Assembly (NCBI GenBank): GCA_001643675.2
Contig: LSRY02000003.1
Span: 744,001-808,000 of the forward strand
DNA from: Monocercomonoides exilis PA203
Lineage: Eukaryota; Protista; Preaxostyla
Length of the DNA: 64,000 nt
Direction of reading: 5' to 3'
In this document: positions 60,900 through 64,000 of the stretch, piece by piece
Numbering within the stretch: the first letter of the stretch is position 1
Layout: each line of letters begins with the position of its first letter
The notes under the pieces: generated by a model
Seen by the model: the letters and a program-made list of their open reading frames with translations, nothing else
Told to the model about the DNA's origin: nothing
Database searches by the model: none
Program-made: the position numbers and the translations under genes

Positions 60900-63730
60900 G
60901 CTATGCCAGTTATTTTGTTTTATCCATTCTGACAGCGAGAAAGGCAAGAGAAGAAAGAGGGAAATGAAAATAGGAATGAAAGTCAATATGCTAACAACTC
61001 TCTAAATGATCTAAACAAAGCCAGTGAAGAACAGCTAACCAACACAAAAGTGGAGGAAGGAAGCTCAAATTCACTCATTCTTCAGTCTTCTTCCTCTTCT
61101 CCTGTGGCAAACGAAACAGAATCGCCTGGAAAATCAGTCAGGACAGCTGCCTCGACACACGCGCCTAATAAATTCTCTCCTCAAATCAAACTTTCGCGCA
61201 GGGCGAGAACAACAACACGCACATCGAAGTTGCTCAAAGCAGCAAATTTGCTTCAGAACAATACAACTTTTGCTTCTACTGCTTCTTCTGCCTCTGCCTC
61301 ATCGAATGTTGGCTTTCCAACTGCATCTTTCCCGATTTCAAGTGATCAAACTAAGAATTCCTCTTCATCATCCTCTTCTTCGTCTGTTTCACTGCTGAGT
61401 GTTCCAACTACCGCACTCGGCAGATCACTCAAAAAAGGCAACAGGTTAAAAGCGCTTGCTGCCTTCAAGCGGACAGTCTGCATGAAAACACACACAGGCT
61501 CTAGGATTGCTTTTCCAGAGTTCAAATCAGAAGTACTGGGACTGATTAACAAGATGTGTGGAAGCAGCAATAATAACAGCAAGAAGAAGAAGCTATTACG
61601 TGTGGGGATGTAGCAAGTGCCGCTGAATATTCCACACGGAAGGCCGCCGAAGATGAAGAGGAAGCGGACGATTACTGCGATGGGGCTGAGTCAGCAGGGG
61701 CAGAAGAGTGAAGGAGGAGCAGGTGCAAATGTGACTGTGCAGAATGCGAGGCGTTTGGAATCAACTGATGTAACATTGGAGAGTTAGAGGAAGTATGAAA
61801 ATAAAAAGAAAGTGAAAGAAGAGGAGAAAAAAAAAAGAGAAAGGAGAAAGGAAAAAGATAAGAAAAGAATTATTTCTGTGTTTGACGAGCTTCCTCCAGA
61901 TGAATTTGAGTTTTGAAGGCAAAAAGGTGAAAAGAGGAGAGGATAAGCGAGCGTGAAATCGAAGGGAAAAGCGAAAAGAAAAGCATTCCTATCAAAGACA
62001 AGTTTGACGTTGAATTTATATGATGTGCTGAGTGAGCTGCTTTCGAGAGAGCTGGAGCTGCTACGTGTGGCAGATGGCTGAATCACATTTGATTCATCTG
62101 AATCTGACACGAGTGAAATGAGTGGAAGAAGCAGAAGTGACACCGATAAGAATGAATATGGCTAGGAAGTGGATGATGATGATGAGGAGGAGAAAGAAGA
62201 AGAAGACGTGGAGTTAGACAGGATTCTCAGTGCAAAGATATTTTTGACAAGAACACGGGCCAGCAGGCAGACACCGGAAAAGAGCAGATCTGTTTTTGAA
62301 TGAAACGCCTCGTTCACATTCAACTCTGCAAAAATGAGAGAAAACAGCTCAGTCGAAACAACATTCAAAGCAGCTGAGATGAAAGAGAGACAGAAGAAGG
62401 AGGCAGTTACGAAGTTGAAGGAGAACACACTGAAACTGAAACATTGAAGGATCATTCCGACAATCAAGCCGGCTGACATTCTGCTACCGACTTATCTTGT
62501 TCAGGAAGAGGAAAGAAGGGAAAAGACACCAAAAAGAAAGATGTGGCCGAGAGGGAAAGGGAAGAACGTGTATTATTTGAAGTGGAATGAAGAGAGGAGA
62601 GAGAAAATGAACGGAGCAGGTTCTGCATACACCGAAGAAGCAAAAGAAGATAGTGAAGACGAAGACAATGACGATAGCGATGATAGTTTCGTTAGCGATG
62701 AAGAAGATTATTTCGATATATCACGATCTGCTGACACATCAAATGCCGATGAGACAGACAAGACGATAGAAAGAGAAGAAGACTCATACACACGCCCTGC
62801 CCTGCGCTTCCCTCACAAACAGCCAAAGATGTTTTCATCGACATCCCAAAAGAGCAACCAGAAGAAGTCCCGTGTTTTTTTCTCACCCACTCCTACCATT
62901 GCCAGCGGAGAGCTCAGTCCAATTCATCTGCAGTTCACCTTTCCTTCAGCCAAGCCCACGAAGGAAAACGAAGAAAAATAAGACGAGAACGTAATTGGCT
63001 CAGACGGATGCAGAGAAGCCAGGCAGAACCCGCACAGAAGACGCAGCAATCACAGTTTGGCTGCTGTTTCAGTGTCACGAATTCATCCTGTCTTGTCTGA
63101 TATCAGAGCAGCACTCGGCAGATCAACGCAGACATGCCTCAGAACAGCTGCGGCGAACGGGTTTGCCACGGCTTGTTTATTAGCGAGTTTGCCTAGCCAG
63201 ACAGGTTACGCTAATATTAATTCCAATGGAGGAGGATGTAATGATGGAAGAGGGGATGACTTTGGGATTATCATTCTGTTTGGGAGGAAAGGCAGACTGA
63301 AGACAGGGCTGGAGACGCTGTTTGTGCGGTCGATGCAGAAGATAAGGCAAAAAGAAGGTGCTGCTTTGCTCCACTCACTCGGAAAGGCGCTGTACCATTT
63401 TTTTGACCACCTCAAGTTGCCGCAGATTCTGAAGCCCATTACGATTCCATCATCTCATGCCGGGGCAACAGGGGGAATATTGGCGAATGATGCGAACCAG
63501 TTTCTGAATCTGCTGTGTGTGGCACGAGGCTGTTCAACTTGGGAGGAGAAGATGCTGTGAAAGATGCACAACTGGTGGAGAACATGAGAAAGGAGATTAG
63601 TTTGTGGAGAGGAGAAGGAAGCGCAGCTGTGGAAGGAGTGTACGAGGCGAGAGACACAGCTGAGCTGTTCTGCGAAGAGAGGTGAATCTACAGCAACGAG
63701 TTTGAAGTGCATAAAAAGATCAATAGAGAT
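60900..63730 (+). pseudogene. Decayed low-complexity host gene, unidentified
   Basis: Consecutive plus-strand ORFs (61050, 62541, 63057) separated by stops; Ser/acidic/Lys-rich; no recognisable domain. Confidence 0.45.
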
Positions 63731-64000
63731 AATGGTAATGGCATCTCTTTAATTTCAATTGACAATGAAACATTGACAATCAATACGAATATTTACTGAC
63801 CCGCTTCTGTTTGCTTCGTCTGTCTTTATCAAAGACAAGTAAATATTGCCGTCTGCCTCAGAAAATGCAATTTTTGATACTCTACAGAAAACAGCATGCG
63901 TCCCATCCATCGGAGAAACTCTATTCGAACTGACAGATTCAAGACACACAAGGTTGCTCCGCTGCACATTGAACGAACACAGAAAAAAGAGAAACATTCG

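Overview
AT-rich eukaryotic DNA that is almost entirely nested transposable elements and decayed paralogues of a large Ser/Cys-rich surface-protein-like family. The composition and gene family suggest a metamonad protist such as an oxymonad (inference, not verified). Main content: (1) three 3-4 kb non-autonomous elements with long GGCATA-type TIRs (two with clean 8-bp TSDs) carrying host-gene fragments ('Pack-Merlin'), plus a decayed Merlin/ISXO2 transposase element with the same termini and TSD length. (2) GGG/GAG-ended elements with 4-bp TSDs (Sola-like), including a 4.8-kb cargo carrier and a ~7.5-kb element whose transposase gene has an embedded ubiquitin-specific protease domain and is followed by a compact structured-RNA-like segment. 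(3) A 15.2-kb palindrome centred on a ~4.5-kb replicon-like unit with ~1-kb TIRs, imperfect terminal hairpins, iteron-like repeats and a decayed AEP primase-SF3 helicase gene. (4) A truncated DIRS-type retrotransposon (RT, RNase H, methyltransferase, tyrosine recombinase), a pogo-like DDE remnant and several MITEs. No rRNA, tRNA or CRISPR array was recognised. All alignments were made by eye, so fuzzy boundaries are approximate.
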